64,000 nucleotides of DNA from Eutreptiella sp. 'Long Island Sound 2002'. Taxonomy: Eukaryota > Protista > Euglenida. The notes beneath the pieces were generated by a model that was given only the letters and a program-made list of their open reading frames with translations, did no database searches and was not told the DNA's origin. Positions 62,101 through 64,000 of the stretch are shown one piece after another (position 1 is the stretch's first letter; each line of letters begins with the position of its first letter). Both the position numbers and the translations under genes were made by a program. The stretch lies in the NCBI GenBank assembly GCA_964036045.1, contig OZ038378.1, forward strand, positions 166,966,001-167,030,000. The letters run 5' to 3'.

Positions 62101-64000
62101 CAGCATCGGCCTCGAGGGGTCCTTGTGGATTCTCTCCTCTGCAGTCCTGCGTGGTGGGCAGTTGCTTCCTGTGGTCTCCAGCTCTGAAATTATTTGTCTG
62201 GAAAAATTCTGTCCCAGGGTTTTTGGCAAAGCGCAAGGAGGGGTAAAGAGATGGGGAGGTCGTGGATGCCGCAAGAGGGTGGGCTGAGGAAGGGGAATCT
62301 TAAGGGGCATGGATTTTGTTTCTATTTAGAGAGAAAGCTGAGAGATATTAGCAAACCACAGCATCTATTCTCTTGGCATCATTAGTCATTGAACAGTGTT
62401 GGTAACTGTGTGCACCTGAGCACAATGGGACCCTTATCACACCTGTTTCTTGAGAGTAAGGACCTCTGCAGTCAAGAGAGCTGGCTTTGAGTCTTCTTAC
62501 GAGGGGCAAGGGAAAATGTGACAAACTTCTTTGTACTACATTGCAAAGGATTGTAGAACAACTTTCCTGGGCATATTTTTCTTGACACGTTGTTGCCCCA
62601 AATCTGCCCCCCAACGACAACATGTGTTACCATATCAGAAATATTGGGGGGGAGTGGATAAATATTCTGTTGTAAGTCCACGCCTTTCAGTTGTGCACCA
62701 CTCCCCATTTTCACATGGAATTTGTACCTCTCTTTCTCACTCAAATACCATGGAGCACCTTCGTGAGTGTTGCCCTTTGCTAAGGAGATGCTCTTTTGAG
62801 TTGAGACAAAAACAGTGGACCTCGAATTCAGCAATTTATTGATTCGTATGATTGTTGTTGCTCTTGTTTGGAAAGGCTGGCAACAATGAGTCTCCAATTG
62901 GGGATGATACCCCCACCGACGGTGGTGACTGGATAGTAGGCATCCCGGGTCCAACCCTACGCCCAGATGCTGAGGACCGGTTGCACCGGCAGACTTTTGA
63001 TAGGTTTCCCAGACATAGACAAAATGTTCAACCGTTTGACCAATCTCCTCCACCCCATTCCCTCAATTGTTCCTAGTTTTCCCAGTACCCCCCTAGTTCC
63101 CCCCAGTTGCCCCCCATTTTCCCCCATGCCACCCCCCCCCCCCCAACTCCCCCCAGTTCCCCCCACCCCTATTCCCCCATTTTTCGAGGTCTCATGGGGA
63201 GCGTTAGCACGCCGGGCATCTTTTTTGACCCGTGCCCCACCGGTGACCTTTTAGGGGGTGCACTAAGCGCAGTGCGCGCGCATTGCAACTATTTGGACGT
63301 CTAGCCGTCCTAGAACCCCATACTTTGTGATACTATGGGCATTATTGTTGTTTGACAACAGGTATTTTGATGCTTCTTTCACACTCGGTATATGGTATAT
63401 TTGGATTCTCACCCAGTTTCACCGATTTTCTTCCATTTTTTGCTCGTTTCCACCACATCCACTCCTTACTAGGTTGATTTCTCCCCACCATGGGGACCCC
63501 GAGAAGGCAGGGGTGATGTAGTGAATGCTGAGTTTGCGCTTCGTTCTTGTCACGTGAGGCAGAAACGCCGTCCAAACCGCTTGCGGCTTGGGGGCTCATT
63601 GCTATAGCGAGGTTTATGGGAAAGGTAAAGGCAAAGTACCGTTTGTTAAGTACAATACAAATGACATTTGGAGTTGTTGAATTCACAGCTATTGCCTAAT
63701 TATGCAACGTGCTTTGTAGGCGCAGTCCATCATGGTCTATTTGGGGGGCCTTCTCCATCAGAGGGTATATCTGGGGCTGAAGTTGGGATAGTTAATAGAA
63801 AGGTAGCGCACCGGGCAAACATTCCCCCCATGTACATCATGGGTGCGTTGCTGAGTGTCTTACCTGCCACGTGGTCTGGGTACTTTGCAAGACACAGAGT
63901 CAAAAGAAAAAACATGTTGTTGGGGAGGGCGACTCCTTTTTGAATGGGGTGAACTCCCATTCACTCTCAATCATGATTTCAGAATGCTGCATCTCGCATG

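Noticed and set aside
62967-63060. LIGFPDIDKMFNRL resembling a non-LTR RT motif (DxxKAFD)
   Set aside because: Isolated short match with stops upstream and no YADD or other RT motifs nearby.

Overview
Repeat-dense eukaryotic DNA, most likely from a plastid-bearing euglenid. This is inferred from a signal peptide/transit peptide/second-TM presequence, VIPER-type retroelements and CCCTAA-like repeats. Two host genes are well supported: an intronless MAP3K-type kinase (10825-13248, +) and an 8-exon, all GT-AG, plastid-targeted alpha/beta-hydrolase resembling only the N-terminal half of phytyl ester synthase (25349-40468, +). Most of the rest is mobile or repetitive DNA. (1) A decayed tyrosine-recombinase (YR) retrotransposon in gag-YR-RT/RNaseH order (minus strand, ~1400-7853), interrupted by a 1964-bp gag+truncated-YR element flanked by TTTAAA repeats. 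A second YR-RT copy lies at 22902-24812 and a third RT lineage at 901-1403. (2) Two LINE-like 3' ends sharing a terminal motif and A-tail. (3) Foldback modules built from a 13-bp repeat. (4) A frameshifted AlkB-like 2OG-Fe(II) dioxygenase ORF next to ~1-kb repeats ending in hairpins that enclose telomere-like repeats. (5) A 6.5-kb Mutator/foldback-like element (9-bp TSD, imperfect TIRs) carrying ~49 copies of an 85-bp satellite and an uninterrupted Ulp1/C48-like protease ORF, with no transposase. (6) A decayed Cys-rich ORF region at ~57.8-62.1 kb. All family assignments come from motif recognition by eye; no database searches were run.
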